Source: a bacterium (GTDB taxonomy: Bacteria > Patescibacteriota > Minisyncoccia > Minisyncoccales > CG1-02-41-26). From it: DNA of 64,000 bases. The first letter of the stretch is position 1. The number at the start of each line of letters is the position of its first letter. Under the pieces are notes generated by a model. It did no database searches. It had not been told where the DNA came from and worked only from the letters and a program-made list of their open reading frames with translations. The stretch lies in the NCBI GenBank assembly GCA_030603395.1, contig JAUVXX010000004.1, forward strand, positions 3,597-67,596, in the 5' to 3' direction. The position numbers and the translations under genes were made by a program. Below, in pieces: positions 45,238 through 55,934 of this stretch.

Positions 45238-46308
45238 ATGCGAGAATTAGTCAAAGAGGCGGTTTTTGGGAAAGATAAAGAAAAAGCTCGAGAGAAAATA
45301 AAAAAAACAGCCCAACAAAAAGGGATATTTTTATCTTCAACACAAAAAATATACGAAAGGATGACCGAAGGGGGCCGTGGAGAATTCACTGTCCCTGCTT
45401 TTAATATTAGAACCCTAACCTTTGATGTTGCCAGAGCCCTTTTCCGGGCAGTAAAAAAAGAGAAGGTAGGTGCTTTTATTGTTGAATTAGCCAACTCCGA
45501 AATGGCTTATACCGACCAATCATCCCAAGAATATGTTGGTTGCGTTTTAGCGGCGGCTCTCAAGGAGAAATTCAAAGGACCTCTTTTTCTTCAAGGCGAC
45601 CATTTTCGCCCAGACCCTAAGAATCCAAGAGGTTTAGAAGATTTAATTAGGGAAGTGATTGAAGCTGGCTTTTATAACATTGATATTGATTGCTCTGCTT
45701 TTCCGATGAAGGATAACTTTACCCAAACAGCATACTTTACTAATTTTATCAGGCAAATAGAGTCAAAAGGATTGACAATTTCAGTTGGTGGTGAGATAGG
45801 GGAGATAGGGAGCGAGAATACAACACTTGAAGAATTGGAGGACTTTATAGTAGGTTATAAAAAGGAAGTTTCTGGATACGGCAATATAAAAGGAATAATA
45901 AAGGCGGCTGTTCAAACAGGCACTTCTCATGGAAAGGGAGGAAAGATGGATTTTGAACTTTTACTTCAGCTTTCAGAAAAAACCAAAGAACATAACCTGG
46001 CAGGGATAGTTCAGCACGGCGCTTCAACCTTACCAGAGGACCAATTCAAAAAATTTCCCGGAGCAGGCACTTTAGAAATTCATCTAGCAACCGAATTTCA
46101 AAATATAATTTTTAACAGCGATTATTTCCCCCAGGAATTAAAAGAAAAAGTCACCAAAAAAGTACTTGGTAACTTCAAAAAAGAAATCTGGGAGATACCC
46201 CAGAAAAACATTGATAAAATTTGTCAAGAATTAGAAGAGAAATTTACCTTCTTTTTCAAAGCATTAAATGTTTCTGGCACCTCGGATTTAACTGAAAAAT
46301 TATTTTAA
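45238..46308 (+). CDS. Class II ketose-bisphosphate aldolase-like protein
   Basis: VPAFNIRTL and LQGDHF motifs resemble class II FBA. The assignment is tentative. Confidence 0.5.
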   Translation: MRELVKEAVFGKDKEKAREKIKKTAQQKGIFLSSTQKIYERMTEGGRGEFTVPAFNIRTLTFDVARALFRAVKKEKVGAFIVELANSEMAYTDQSSQEYVGCVLAAALKEKFKGPLFLQGDHFRPDPKNPRGLEDLIREVIEAGFYNIDIDCSAFPMKDNFTQTAYFTNFIRQIESKGLTISVGGEIGEIGSENTTLEELEDFIVGYKKEVSGYGNIKGIIKAAVQTGTSHGKGGKMDFELLLQLSEKTKEHNLAGIVQHGASTLPEDQFKKFPGAGTLEIHLATEFQNIIFNSDYFPQELKEKVTKKVLGNFKKEIWEIPQKNIDKICQELEEKFTFFFKALNVSGTSDLTEKLF

Positions 46309-46310
46309 AC

Positions 46311-47216
46311 CTACCTGCCGGTAGGCAGAAATTCTCTAATTAATTTTTCTGCTTCTCTTTGATTTTTTAGCCAGTTAATTCTTTTGTCTTTCTTGAACCA
46401 GGTCATCTGGCGTTTAGAGAAATTTTCAAGTTCTTTAAGAGATTTTTCTATCATTTCATTATATTTCATTTTTCCCTGTAGGTACTGGGCGACACAGCGA
46501 TAATGGAGTCCAAATTCTTCTATTTTTTTCCAAGAGAGTCCAGATTTTTTCAATTTTCTTACCTCTTCAATAAACCCTCTCTTCAGCCATTTTAAAAACC
46601 TCTTTTTAATTAATTCTTTCAGTTCTCCTTTTGGTTTCCTAATCCCAATTAGCAAGCAATCAAATTGGGGACTTTTTTTCAAGAGAGGAACTTTCCCTAA
46701 AATTTTAGCAATCTCAATCGCCCTGACCAATCTTCTCTTATTTTCTCTTTCTATCTGGGCTGCCCTTTTGGGGTCAAGTTTTTTCAAGATATTAAAAAGT
46801 TCTTTAACCGATTTTTTTTCCAATATTTTTCTTAATTTTTGGTCTGCTTTTAATTGAGGGAAAACCCAACCCTCAACCACCGCATAAATATAAAAGGGAG
46901 AACCACCTACCAGGAAGGGGATTTTATTTTTTGCCAGAATTCCATTAATGGCACCGAAAGCCAATTTCTGATATTGAGCCACTGAAAATCTTCTCTTTGG
47001 TGAGGCCACGTCCAAAAGATAATGGGGGATTCTCCCCATCTCTTTTTTGATTATTTTGGCTGTGCCAATATTCATTCCTTGATAAACCTGTCTTGAGTCA
47101 GCTGAAACAATTTCCCCCTCAAGTTTTTGGGCAAGTTTTATTGACAAAGCAGTTTTACCTGAAGCCGTTGGTCCCAAAATAACAATTAGTTTTTTAAAAG
47201 ATATTTTTTTTGACAT
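46311..47216 (-). CDS. miaA: tRNA dimethylallyltransferase
   Basis: GPTASGKT P-loop, DSRQVYQGMNIGTAK. Confidence 0.9.
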   Translation of the reverse strand: MSKKISFKKLIVILGPTASGKTALSIKLAQKLEGEIVSADSRQVYQGMNIGTAKIIKKEMGRIPHYLLDVASPKRRFSVAQYQKLAFGAINGILAKNKIPFLVGGSPFYIYAVVEGWVFPQLKADQKLRKILEKKSVKELFNILKKLDPKRAAQIERENKRRLVRAIEIAKILGKVPLLKKSPQFDCLLIGIRKPKGELKELIKKRFLKWLKRGFIEEVRKLKKSGLSWKKIEEFGLHYRCVAQYLQGKMKYNEMIEKSLKELENFSKRQMTWFKKDKRINWLKNQREAEKLIREFLPTGR

Positions 47217-47288
47217 GCGATTTTAAAAAGAGTAAGATGATTACTGTTTGAATTGTGTTCTTTAAAATAAAGTTAACAGGAGAGTTAC

Positions 47289-47972
47289 ATGCACAAGAAA
47301 AGAATTAAAGATGTTCTTGGTTTTTTAAAGGGTTTCCTGGTTTCAACGTTAAAGACCTTCTTTTATGGAGCAATTACCTTAATTCCTATACTGTTTGTCT
47401 TCTGGCTTTTCAATATGTTTTTAGGAGGAGAGGTAGTTGATCTGAGGTGGATTTTAGAAACGATTTTAGGAATGATTTTTCCGGGAATAAAGGTACCTGG
47501 ATGGATAGTCGTGCTAACTCTATTTCTGATTATTGTCGGAATAGGAGGTTTATCTCCCGTACTCAGTAAGAAGATGTACTCCTGGATCGGAAAATTAATC
47601 CAAAAGCTTTTGTGGGGAAGGGTGAAGAAAAAAGGTAAAGCTACGGTAATATATGAACCCTATAGAAAGGGCTTTTGGAAAGTAGGAATCGTTGTCGGTC
47701 ATCTGCAGGGGACTGAACATCTGATAGGAGGGAGGGTGCTAAAAATTTTCCAAGCGAGCGTTCCTATTCCAGTAACTGGTCCTGCTCCAGACCTGGTGCA
47801 GGAGAAAGATGTAGTATACGTTGATTTACCGGCTCACGAAGTGCTGAATACCTATACTTCGGCTGGTATCTTATCTCCCAAGAAAATACCAGAACTGGTA
47901 GCGGAATTGGAACGGAGAGAAAAAGAGCTTTCAGAAGAAGACAGAAAAAAGCTTTTAAGGGCGGCCAAGTAA
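47289..47972 (+). CDS. Membrane protein (DUF502-like)
   Basis: Two N-terminal TM segments. The family guess is from the general pattern only. Confidence 0.35.
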   Translation: MHKKRIKDVLGFLKGFLVSTLKTFFYGAITLIPILFVFWLFNMFLGGEVVDLRWILETILGMIFPGIKVPGWIVVLTLFLIIVGIGGLSPVLSKKMYSWIGKLIQKLLWGRVKKKGKATVIYEPYRKGFWKVGIVVGHLQGTEHLIGGRVLKIFQASVPIPVTGPAPDLVQEKDVVYVDLPAHEVLNTYTSAGILSPKKIPELVAELERREKELSEEDRKKLLRAAK

Positions 47973-49243
47973 TTTAAGGCAGTCCTTTCCATTTTCTTTC
48001 CCTTTAATCCCCAGGGCTGGGCATCAATAATTTCTACTTTAACAAATTTGCCGATTAAATTCTTCCCTCCTTTAAATTTTACGGTTTTGTAATGAAAAGA
48101 TTTACCAGTTAAAAAGCCATCTTTATATGCCATGGGAAGAACTTCCACGGTTTTTCCAAGATATTTTTTGTTTTTGGCTTCAGCGCTTTTCTTTAAAATT
48201 TCAGTTAGCATTTTTTCTCTTTGTTTCTTTTCTTCTTGAGAAACATTGTCTTTCAGTTTTGCTGCCACCGTGCCTGGTCTCGAAGAATACTGGGCAAGAT
48301 AAGCCATGTCAAATTTAATTTCCTCGAATAATTTAGCAGTGTTTTGAAACTGCTTTTTGGTTTCACCAGGAAAGCCAACAATAACATCAGTGGATAGAGT
48401 AATCTCTGGGATTTTTTTTCGTATTTCTTCAACAAGTTTTCGGTAATCCTCAGCTTTGTAAGGGCGATTCATCTTTCTTAAAATTTCATCATCTCCCGAT
48501 TGAACCGGCAAATTCAAGTAGGGAGTCACTTTTTTACAGCGGGACATTGCCTCAATTAATTCATCAGAAAAATCTTTAGGATGAGAAGAGGTGAAGCGAA
48601 GCCAAAACTCTCCCGGGATGTCATTGGCCATCCTTAAGAGTTTCGGGAAGTTCATCCTTTCTGAAACGTAGGAATTGACGTTTTGGCCCAGCAGCCAGAG
48701 CTCTTTATAATTCTGCTCAACCAAACTTTTTACCTCAGCTGCAATTTCTTCCTTTGGCCGACAGATTTCTCGACCTCTGACATACGGAACAACGCAGTAA
48801 GAACAAAAATTATTACAGCCAGTAGAAATAGGCACGAAGCCCATCGGAAAAGAAGAGCATTTGGGTGGAATTTTTAAATAATCCAGGCAAGCTTCAACTT
48901 CTTTGGATTTGGGTTTAAGGTATTTCTGCCAGCTTGGGAGGTCTTTTACGTCTAAAATATAGTCAAAAGATTCAGCGAATTTTCTCCTGTCTTTTTTAAG
49001 AATACAACCGGTCAGGACAGTTTTTAGTTTGTGGTTGTTGGTTTTTAGTTTTTTAAATTTTGATTGAAGTCCATAGACTCTATCAACGGCTGATTGCCTG
49101 ACCGAACACATATTGACTACCATCAAATCCGCCCTCTCTATCCGAGGGGCTTTTTTGTAGCCAATTTTCTCTAAAACTTGGGCAATTCGTTCCGAATCGC
49201 TTTTATTCATCTGACAACCATAGGTAATAATAGAATATTCCAT
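47852..49243 (-). CDS. miaB: tRNA methylthiotransferase (MiaB family radical SAM)
   Basis: UPF0004 N-domain, CNNFCSYCVVP and a TRAM-like C-terminus. Confidence 0.85.
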   Translation of the reverse strand: MEYSIITYGCQMNKSDSERIAQVLEKIGYKKAPRIERADLMVVNMCSVRQSAVDRVYGLQSKFKKLKTNNHKLKTVLTGCILKKDRRKFAESFDYILDVKDLPSWQKYLKPKSKEVEACLDYLKIPPKCSSFPMGFVPISTGCNNFCSYCVVPYVRGREICRPKEEIAAEVKSLVEQNYKELWLLGQNVNSYVSERMNFPKLLRMANDIPGEFWLRFTSSHPKDFSDELIEAMSRCKKVTPYLNLPVQSGDDEILRKMNRPYKAEDYRKLVEEIRKKIPEITLSTDVIVGFPGETKKQFQNTAKLFEEIKFDMAYLAQYSSRPGTVAAKLKDNVSQEEKKQREKMLTEILKKSAEAKNKKYLGKTVEVLPMAYKDGFLTGKSFHYKTVKFKGGKNLIGKFVKVEIIDAQPWGLKGKKMERTALNYLAALKSFFLSSSESSFSLRSNSATSSGIFLGDKIPAEV

Positions 49244-49336
49244 AACCTAATATCTTACACTATTTTTCTTTAATTTAAAAGGGTTTTGGGCTTCTTTTAT
49301 GGAATCACCCAAAACCCTTTTGAAAAGAGTTCAAAT

Positions 49337-51070
49337 TTATTTTTTGTACTCAATTTCTATTCTCACCTCTCTTAAAAACTTTGTCAAGGATGTCTCGCCA
49401 ATATCTCCTTTTCCTCTTTCCCTCACCCGAACGTTTTTCTTTTTCATTTCTCTATCGCCGACCACCAGAAGATAGGGGATTTTCTGGATTTCTCCCTCTC
49501 TTATTTTTTTGGAAACCGTTTCAGCTTCGGTTTTTGCTTCAACGCGGAAACCCTCCGATTCTAACTTTTCAGCAATCTCACCCGCATATTTTCGATGATT
49601 GGAACCCACCGGAATCACCCAAACCTGTTCCGGAGATAACCATAAAGGCAAAGCTCCAGCAAAATGTTCTATCAAGATGCCAATAAATCTTTCCAGAGAG
49701 CCGTAAATAACTCTATGAATAACTACTGGAGTTTTCTTTCTTCCCTTGGTATCAGTATACTTGAGGTCAAAATTCTTTGGTATTTGAAAGTCCAATTGGA
49801 TAGTGCCTGTTTGCCATTCTCGACCAATGGAGTCTTTCATTAAAATATCAATTTTAGGACCATAAAAAGCACCATCACCCTCCAAAATTGTGTATTCTTC
49901 ACCACTCTCTTTGAGAATTTCTTTTAATGCCTTCTCTGCCTTATCCCACGACTTTTTATCTCCCATGAATTTTTCTGGGCGAGTGCCCAAACGGAAAGAA
50001 TATCTCAGATTAAATACGGAATAGAATCGCTTAACTATCTCCAATATTTCTTTGTATTCGCTTTTAATTTGCTCTTCAGTAAGGAAGATATGAGCGTCGT
50101 CTTGACGGAATTCTCGCACCCGAAAAAGTCCATAAAGAGTGCCTGAACGTTCAGACCGATGTATGGTGTCAATATCACTAAATCTCAAGGGCAGTTCTTT
50201 GTAAGACCTTGACCTCTGGCTATAAACTATCATGGCATTGGGGCAGTTCATTGCTTTTATTCCGTATGTCTCCTCCTCCTCGGTTTTTACGGTAAACATC
50301 TCTTCTTTATAATGTTCCCAGTGTCCCGAAGTTTCATAGAGTTCTTTTTTGTTGAGTAAGGGGGTAACGATTTCCTGATAACCTCTTTTTTTGTGTTCCT
50401 CTCGCCAGAAATTTATTAATTCGTTGTAAATAATTACTCCTTTAGGCAGCCAATAGGGCATGCCGGGGGCGGTCTCATGGAGGAAAAATAGTTCTAATTT
50501 CTTGCCTAATTTTCTGTGGTCACGTTCTTCGGCTTCTTTCATCATTTTAAAATAATTGTCTAACTCTTTCTTGGTTTTAAATGCTATTCCATAAATCCGG
50601 GTGAGCATGGGATTTTTTTCACTGCCTCGCCAATAAGCCCCGGCAGTTTTAGTAAGTTTAAATGCCTTAGGATCTATCTCCTTGGTTGATTTAATATGCG
50701 GTCCCTTGCACAAATCAACAAAATCGCCAACCCGATATGTAGAGATTGACAGAGGACTGTCCTCTGTAAGTTCTTTTATGAGTTCAATTTTATATTTTTG
50801 ATTCTCTTTTATTTTAAAAAATGTAATTGCTTGTCTACGAGACCATTTCTTTTTTTCGAATTTCAAATTCATCTTAATAATCTCTTTCATTTTCTTTTCA
50901 ATTTTGGGAAGGTCCTCTGGTGAAATAGGGGAGGGGAAGTCAAAATCATAATAAAAGCCATTCTCAATGGCGGGACCAATACCAAACTTAACTTTAGGGT
51001 ACATTTCCTGAACCGCAGCAGCTAGTATATGAGATAAGGAGTGTCTAATGGTATCAATTTTTGTTAGCAT
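49337..51070 (-). CDS. thrS: Threonyl-tRNA synthetase (lacks the N-terminal TGS domain)
   Basis: HSLSHILA second-additional-domain motif, class II core and an anticodon-binding domain. Confidence 0.9.
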   Translation of the reverse strand: MLTKIDTIRHSLSHILAAAVQEMYPKVKFGIGPAIENGFYYDFDFPSPISPEDLPKIEKKMKEIIKMNLKFEKKKWSRRQAITFFKIKENQKYKIELIKELTEDSPLSISTYRVGDFVDLCKGPHIKSTKEIDPKAFKLTKTAGAYWRGSEKNPMLTRIYGIAFKTKKELDNYFKMMKEAEERDHRKLGKKLELFFLHETAPGMPYWLPKGVIIYNELINFWREEHKKRGYQEIVTPLLNKKELYETSGHWEHYKEEMFTVKTEEEETYGIKAMNCPNAMIVYSQRSRSYKELPLRFSDIDTIHRSERSGTLYGLFRVREFRQDDAHIFLTEEQIKSEYKEILEIVKRFYSVFNLRYSFRLGTRPEKFMGDKKSWDKAEKALKEILKESGEEYTILEGDGAFYGPKIDILMKDSIGREWQTGTIQLDFQIPKNFDLKYTDTKGRKKTPVVIHRVIYGSLERFIGILIEHFAGALPLWLSPEQVWVIPVGSNHRKYAGEIAEKLESEGFRVEAKTEAETVSKKIREGEIQKIPYLLVVGDREMKKKNVRVRERGKGDIGETSLTKFLREVRIEIEYKK

Positions 51071-51107
51071 ATTTTAAGTTTGAAAATTGAAAATTGATAA
51101 TTGAAAA

Positions 51108-54100
51108 TTACTTTTCTACGATTTCCTCAATGTCTTCGCAGATTAGTTTTGGAGGGTCGTGCCAGTGTTCTGCCTTGCCGGTAACAAAAACAATTTTGTT
51201 TTCCTGAAACAAAGAGGGGTTTCTTTCAATGACTCCCGGGAAAACCACCACTTCCACCTTATCAGTTAAATCTTCCAGTTTCATAAAAAGCATAGGTTGG
51301 CCTTTTTTGGTTAAGATTTTTTTGATACTGGAAATTATCCCGCCTACTCTTATTTGCTGGTCAAAAATGCCATTTCTGATTTCTTTCAGAGGAAGAGTTT
51401 TCTTTTCCAAGATATTTTTAAATCTCTCCAGGGGATGAGAGGAGATGTAAAGTCCCAAAAGTTCTTTTTCCCATAAGAGATTCTGCTCAGAATCGGAGGG
51501 AGCCGTCGCCTTTAATTTGAAAGAGGGAATGATATTTGAGATTTTACCAAATAAGCTTTTTTGGCCATTGAGTTGAACTTTTTGCATCTCTCGGTTGAAA
51601 TCCAAAATATCTTCAAGGTTAGCCAATAATTTATTTCTTCCCTCAAATTTGTCAAAAACCCCTGTCTTGATTAAGCTTTCCAAAGATTTTTTGTTTAAAT
51701 CTTTGGAATTAATCCTTGAGATAAAACCAGCAAATGACTTATAGGGTCCCTTCTCTTTTCTTTCCTGGATAATTGCCTCAACCACATTATGTCCCACGTT
51801 TTTAATGGCTAAGAGCCCAAACCTTATTTTCTTTTGCTTGGGCACCACCGAAAAGTTTCGGAAGCTCTCGTTAACATCGGGCGGTAAAACCTCAATTCCC
51901 ATGCTTTTGCATTCTTCTATAAAAAAGGCAATCCTCTCAATATCGGCCTTCTCTGAAGTTAAAAGGGCAGCCATAAATTCAACTGGGAAATGGGCTTTTA
52001 AGTAAGCTGTTTGATAGGCGATCATTCCGTAAGCCACGCTGTGACTTTTATTGAACCCGTAGCTGGCGAAGGGTAAAATCCAGTCCCAAATTCTCTGAGC
52101 AATTTCTTTTTTTATTTCATTTTTTATCATACCCTGGATAAATCTCTCTCTTTGGCTGATAAGTAGACTTTCTATTTTTTTACCAACTGCTTTTCTCAAA
52201 ACATCAGCTTCAGATAAAGTGAAACCGGCCAACCTCTGAGCAATTTGCATTAATTGTTCCTGAAAAATACAAATTCCATGGGTTTTTTCTAAAATCGGTT
52301 TGAGTTTTGGGTGTAAATATTCCACTTTTTTCCTTTTGTGGGCTCTGGCAATATATTCGGGGATAAACTGTATGGGGCCTGGCCGGTAAAGGGCAACCAT
52401 AGCCACAATATCTTCAAATTCTGTTGGCTTTAATTCTTTTAGATATCTCTTCATCCCTTCGCTCTCTAATTGAAATACACCTGTACTTTTGCCTTCCTGT
52501 AAAAGTTTGTAAGTTTTTTTATCATCAAAGGGAATTTGCTCCATGTCTATTTTTTTATTTTGAACTTTATAGATTCGAGCCAGGGTATCTTCAATGATGG
52601 TTAAATTTTTTAACCCCAAAAAGTCCATTTTTAAGATTCCCAGGTCTTCAATGGAGTGCATTTCATATTGGGTGACAATAGTTTGGTCGTTTTGGGTTGG
52701 ATATTGCAAAGGAACAATGTCCGAGAGAGGTTCAGCAGAAATGACTACTCCGCAGGCGTGAGTTGAGGCATGACGGGCGACTCCCTCAAGTTTTTTTGAA
52801 AAATCAATCAGTTCTCGGGCAGTTTTGTCGGTGTCGTAGAGCTGGCGGAACTCAGCAACTTTATCCAGACAGTCCTGCAAAGTGAAACCAAAAGGAATCA
52901 TTTTGGCAATTCTATCGCAATAGTCATAACTTAATTTCGTACTCCTTCCTACATCTCTGATCACAGCACGGGCAGCCATTGTCCCAAAGGTGATAATCTG
53001 GGCCACCCTGTCTCTGCCGTATTTTTCAGCCACATAATCTATTACTTCGTCTCGTCTTCGGTCAGTAAAATCAATATCAAAATCTGGCATAGAGACGCGC
53101 TCTGGATTCAGAAAACGCTCAAATATTAATCCATATTTCATTGGATCGATATCAGTAATATTCAAAAGATAACATGCTAACGAACTGGCATCAGAGCCTC
53201 GACCCGGTCCTACGACAATCCTGCTCTGTTTTGCCCAATTGACAAAGTCCTGAACAATCAGGAAATAGGGAGCAAAACCGGTCTGGCTGATAACTGAAAG
53301 TTCATACTCTAATCTATCAATTGCCTTTTTTTCGTCTTTGATTTGTGATTTATGACTTTTTAAACCTTGGTAGCAAAGGTCTTTTAAGTATTGATTAGGA
53401 GTTTTGCCACCGGGAACCTCAAAATGGGGGAGTTTTATTTCGCCTAACTTAAAATTGAAATTACAAAGCTCGGCGATCTTTTGGGTGTTTGCTATGGCTC
53501 CCGGGACTTCTCGGAAGCTCTCTATCATTTTTTGGGGAGTGCGCATGGAAAAATCATCAGCTTTCATGGTTAGTCTTTCGGGGTCGTCTTCTTTGGCTCC
53601 GGTGTTTATTAACATCAGAATATCTTGGGCCTTGGCATCCTCCGGCTTCAAGTAGTGGACATCATTGGTGGCGACCAGCGGGATATTCAACTCCTTGGAA
53701 AACCCCATTAAAACTTGATTTACTTTCTTTTGCTCTCGGAGATTGGGGTGGTCTTGAATTTCCAGATAAAAATTGTCTTTGCCGAAAATCTCTTGATATT
53801 TTGCGGCAACCTTTTGGGCTTCCTCAATTTTACCCCTCATGATTAATTGAGGAATTTTCCCCTGCAAACAACCGGACAATCCAATAAGTCCCGAAGAATA
53901 TTCGGCCAAAAGTTCTTCATCAATTCTTGGTTTGTAATAAAAACCCTCCAGATGGGCTTGAGTGGAAAGTTTGACTAAATTCTTATAGCCCTTCTCATCC
54001 TTTACCAAAAGAACCAGATGATATCTTTTATCATCTATGTTCGGTCTCTTCTGCGTCATGCTTTCTTGAGCCAGGTAAACTTCTGCTCCAAGAATGGGCT

Positions 54101-54278
54101 TTATTCCTTTTTTGATGGCTTTTTTGTAAAATTCAACTGCCCCGTATAGAACTCCGTGGTCAGTCAAAGCCACCGAATCCATACCCTGTTCCTTGACATA
54201 ATCCAAAAGTTCATCAATTTTCGGCAAACCGTCAAGTAAGGAATAGTGGCTATGTACGTGTAAATGGGTAAAATTCAT
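51108..54278 (-). CDS. dnaE: DNA polymerase III alpha subunit
   Basis: PHP domain (FTHLHVHSHYSLLDG), a palm region (PDFDIDF) and an OB-fold C-terminus. Confidence 0.95.
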   Translation of the reverse strand: MNFTHLHVHSHYSLLDGLPKIDELLDYVKEQGMDSVALTDHGVLYGAVEFYKKAIKKGIKPILGAEVYLAQESMTQKRPNIDDKRYHLVLLVKDEKGYKNLVKLSTQAHLEGFYYKPRIDEELLAEYSSGLIGLSGCLQGKIPQLIMRGKIEEAQKVAAKYQEIFGKDNFYLEIQDHPNLREQKKVNQVLMGFSKELNIPLVATNDVHYLKPEDAKAQDILMLINTGAKEDDPERLTMKADDFSMRTPQKMIESFREVPGAIANTQKIAELCNFNFKLGEIKLPHFEVPGGKTPNQYLKDLCYQGLKSHKSQIKDEKKAIDRLEYELSVISQTGFAPYFLIVQDFVNWAKQSRIVVGPGRGSDASSLACYLLNITDIDPMKYGLIFERFLNPERVSMPDFDIDFTDRRRDEVIDYVAEKYGRDRVAQIITFGTMAARAVIRDVGRSTKLSYDYCDRIAKMIPFGFTLQDCLDKVAEFRQLYDTDKTARELIDFSKKLEGVARHASTHACGVVISAEPLSDIVPLQYPTQNDQTIVTQYEMHSIEDLGILKMDFLGLKNLTIIEDTLARIYKVQNKKIDMEQIPFDDKKTYKLLQEGKSTGVFQLESEGMKRYLKELKPTEFEDIVAMVALYRPGPIQFIPEYIARAHKRKKVEYLHPKLKPILEKTHGICIFQEQLMQIAQRLAGFTLSEADVLRKAVGKKIESLLISQRERFIQGMIKNEIKKEIAQRIWDWILPFASYGFNKSHSVAYGMIAYQTAYLKAHFPVEFMAALLTSEKADIERIAFFIEECKSMGIEVLPPDVNESFRNFSVVPKQKKIRFGLLAIKNVGHNVVEAIIQERKEKGPYKSFAGFISRINSKDLNKKSLESLIKTGVFDKFEGRNKLLANLEDILDFNREMQKVQLNGQKSLFGKISNIIPSFKLKATAPSDSEQNLLWEKELLGLYISSHPLERFKNILEKKTLPLKEIRNGIFDQQIRVGGIISSIKKILTKKGQPMLFMKLEDLTDKVEVVVFPGVIERNPSLFQENKIVFVTGKAEHWHDPPKLICEDIEEIVEK

Positions 54279-54279
54279 T

Positions 54280-54951
54280 TTACTTTATTATCTCTTTATA
54301 TTTGGCTCCCTCCAAAGCTATCTCGCCTTTGATTTTAGCTTCTTTTAAAATCAAAAACTCCTGAACATTAACCCCTTTTAAATCAACCTCTCTTCCGATA
54401 AAAGCTTTGAGCATATCCAGGGAGCCCTCAACGAAAGAATCGGTTATCAGAAGAGAGCCCGCAATCACCGCCTCTCTTAAATAGACATCTCCTTTAATAA
54501 TTAATCCAGCATGGTAGGAGTCATTAACTTTTATTCCTCGGAGGTCAACGTCTCTTTCAACCTGGGTTTTAGCTAAACTCAGAAAACCCGTTATGCTTAA
54601 TCCTTCAAAATTTAAGCTACCCCTTATTTTAGCTCCTACCAAGTTTACCACCCCTTTGGCCGTGGCTCCATTTAAACTTAAATCTCCATTAAGTATGCCA
54701 GAGCCAAAATAAAATGATTTTCTCATAATGGTCTGCCCGAGGTTTAAGTTGCCATTGATGGTTGTTCCTTCAAAAGAAATCGGACCCAAAATAATGGAGG
54801 CGGTAAGGTCTAAACCGGTTTCAATTGTTCTCTCAGAAAGAAAAAGTCCCGAGAGAATCTTTCCTCTGAAATCGATTTCTCTCTTCTCAATTTCAGCCCT
54901 TCTCACTTCCTCTTCTATGTCAGTCTGAGAAAGTATATTTTTATCTGGCAT
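54280..54951 (-). CDS. Beta-helix-type repeat protein (bactofilin- or pentapeptide-like), function unknown
   Basis: Periodic G-x-L/V-x-L/F repeats throughout. It is tightly coupled to dnaE with a 1-nt gap. Confidence 0.45.
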   Translation of the reverse strand: MPDKNILSQTDIEEEVRRAEIEKREIDFRGKILSGLFLSERTIETGLDLTASIILGPISFEGTTINGNLNLGQTIMRKSFYFGSGILNGDLSLNGATAKGVVNLVGAKIRGSLNFEGLSITGFLSLAKTQVERDVDLRGIKVNDSYHAGLIIKGDVYLREAVIAGSLLITDSFVEGSLDMLKAFIGREVDLKGVNVQEFLILKEAKIKGEIALEGAKYKEIIK

Positions 54952-55014
54952 TATTTAAGGTAAAATAAATTTAAATTACTCCATTATACCCCTTTTTCAA
55001 AATGTATTGCAAAT

Positions 55015-55614
55015 ATGACTACAAGAAAATTTAAAGTTATAGCAGGAATAGACGAAGCTGGGCGAGGACCCTTGGCTGGACCGGTGGTGGCGGCTGCGGT
55101 AGTAATAAAAAATCCGAAATTCAAGATTCAAAACCTAAAAGATTCAAAAAAATTAAGTCCTAAAAAAAGGGAAGAGATTTTTGAAATTTTAAAAAATCAT
55201 CCAGAGGTTGAATGGGGGACAGGAAGGGTTTCAGAGAGAGTCATTGATAAAATAAATATTCTCCAGGCTACCAAATTGGCTATGGAGAGAGCGGTCAGAA
55301 ATTTGGAAAAGAAAGTTAAGAAGAAAACAGATTTTTTGCTGATTGACGGTAATTTTGGGATAGCTTCAGATATTCCTCAAAAATCAGTCATTCGGGGAGA
55401 TGAGAAAATTTTCTTAATAAAAGTTGCCTCCATTGCGGCCAAGGTAACCAGGGATAGGGCCATGTTGAGATATCATCGTCAATATCCCCAATACCGATTT
55501 GACAAACACAAGGGCTATGGCACGAAGTTGCATATGGCGATGCTAAAGGAGCATGGACCATGCAGGTTGCACCGCCGAAGTTTTTCACCAATAAAAAACT
55601 ATTGTAAAATTTAA
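55015..55614 (+). CDS. rnhB: Ribonuclease HII
   Basis: GIDEAGRGPLAGPVV. Confidence 0.9.
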   Translation: MTTRKFKVIAGIDEAGRGPLAGPVVAAAVVIKNPKFKIQNLKDSKKLSPKKREEIFEILKNHPEVEWGTGRVSERVIDKINILQATKLAMERAVRNLEKKVKKKTDFLLIDGNFGIASDIPQKSVIRGDEKIFLIKVASIAAKVTRDRAMLRYHRQYPQYRFDKHKGYGTKLHMAMLKEHGPCRLHRRSFSPIKNYCKI

Positions 55615-55637
55615 TTTTATATGATAAGTTATTCTAT

Positions 55638-55931
55638 ATGGCCGTTCCAAAGCAAAGACATACAAAATCTCGAAGGAATAAAAGAAGGATGCATATTTTT
55701 TTGCAAGCCCCTTCTTTGGTTGTCTGTCCCAAATGCGGAAAGCCGACTCGTCCCCACACCGTTTGTCAAAACTGCGGCTTCTACAAGGGAACGGAGTTTA
55801 TTGATGTTTTAAAGAAACTTGAAAAGAAAGAGCGAAAAAAGAAGGAAAAAGAAATAAAAGAGAAAGAAAAAACCGAGAAAGGAAGAGAAAAACCATTAAC
55901 TCTGGAAGAACTTTCCAAAAAGAAATTTTAA
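55638..55931 (+). CDS. rpmF: 50S ribosomal protein L32 with a K/E-rich C-terminal extension
   Basis: MAVPKQRHTKSRRNKRR and CPKCG...CQNCG. Confidence 0.85.
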   Translation: MAVPKQRHTKSRRNKRRMHIFLQAPSLVVCPKCGKPTRPHTVCQNCGFYKGTEFIDVLKKLEKKERKKKEKEIKEKEKTEKGREKPLTLEELSKKKF

Positions 55932-55934
55932 TTT

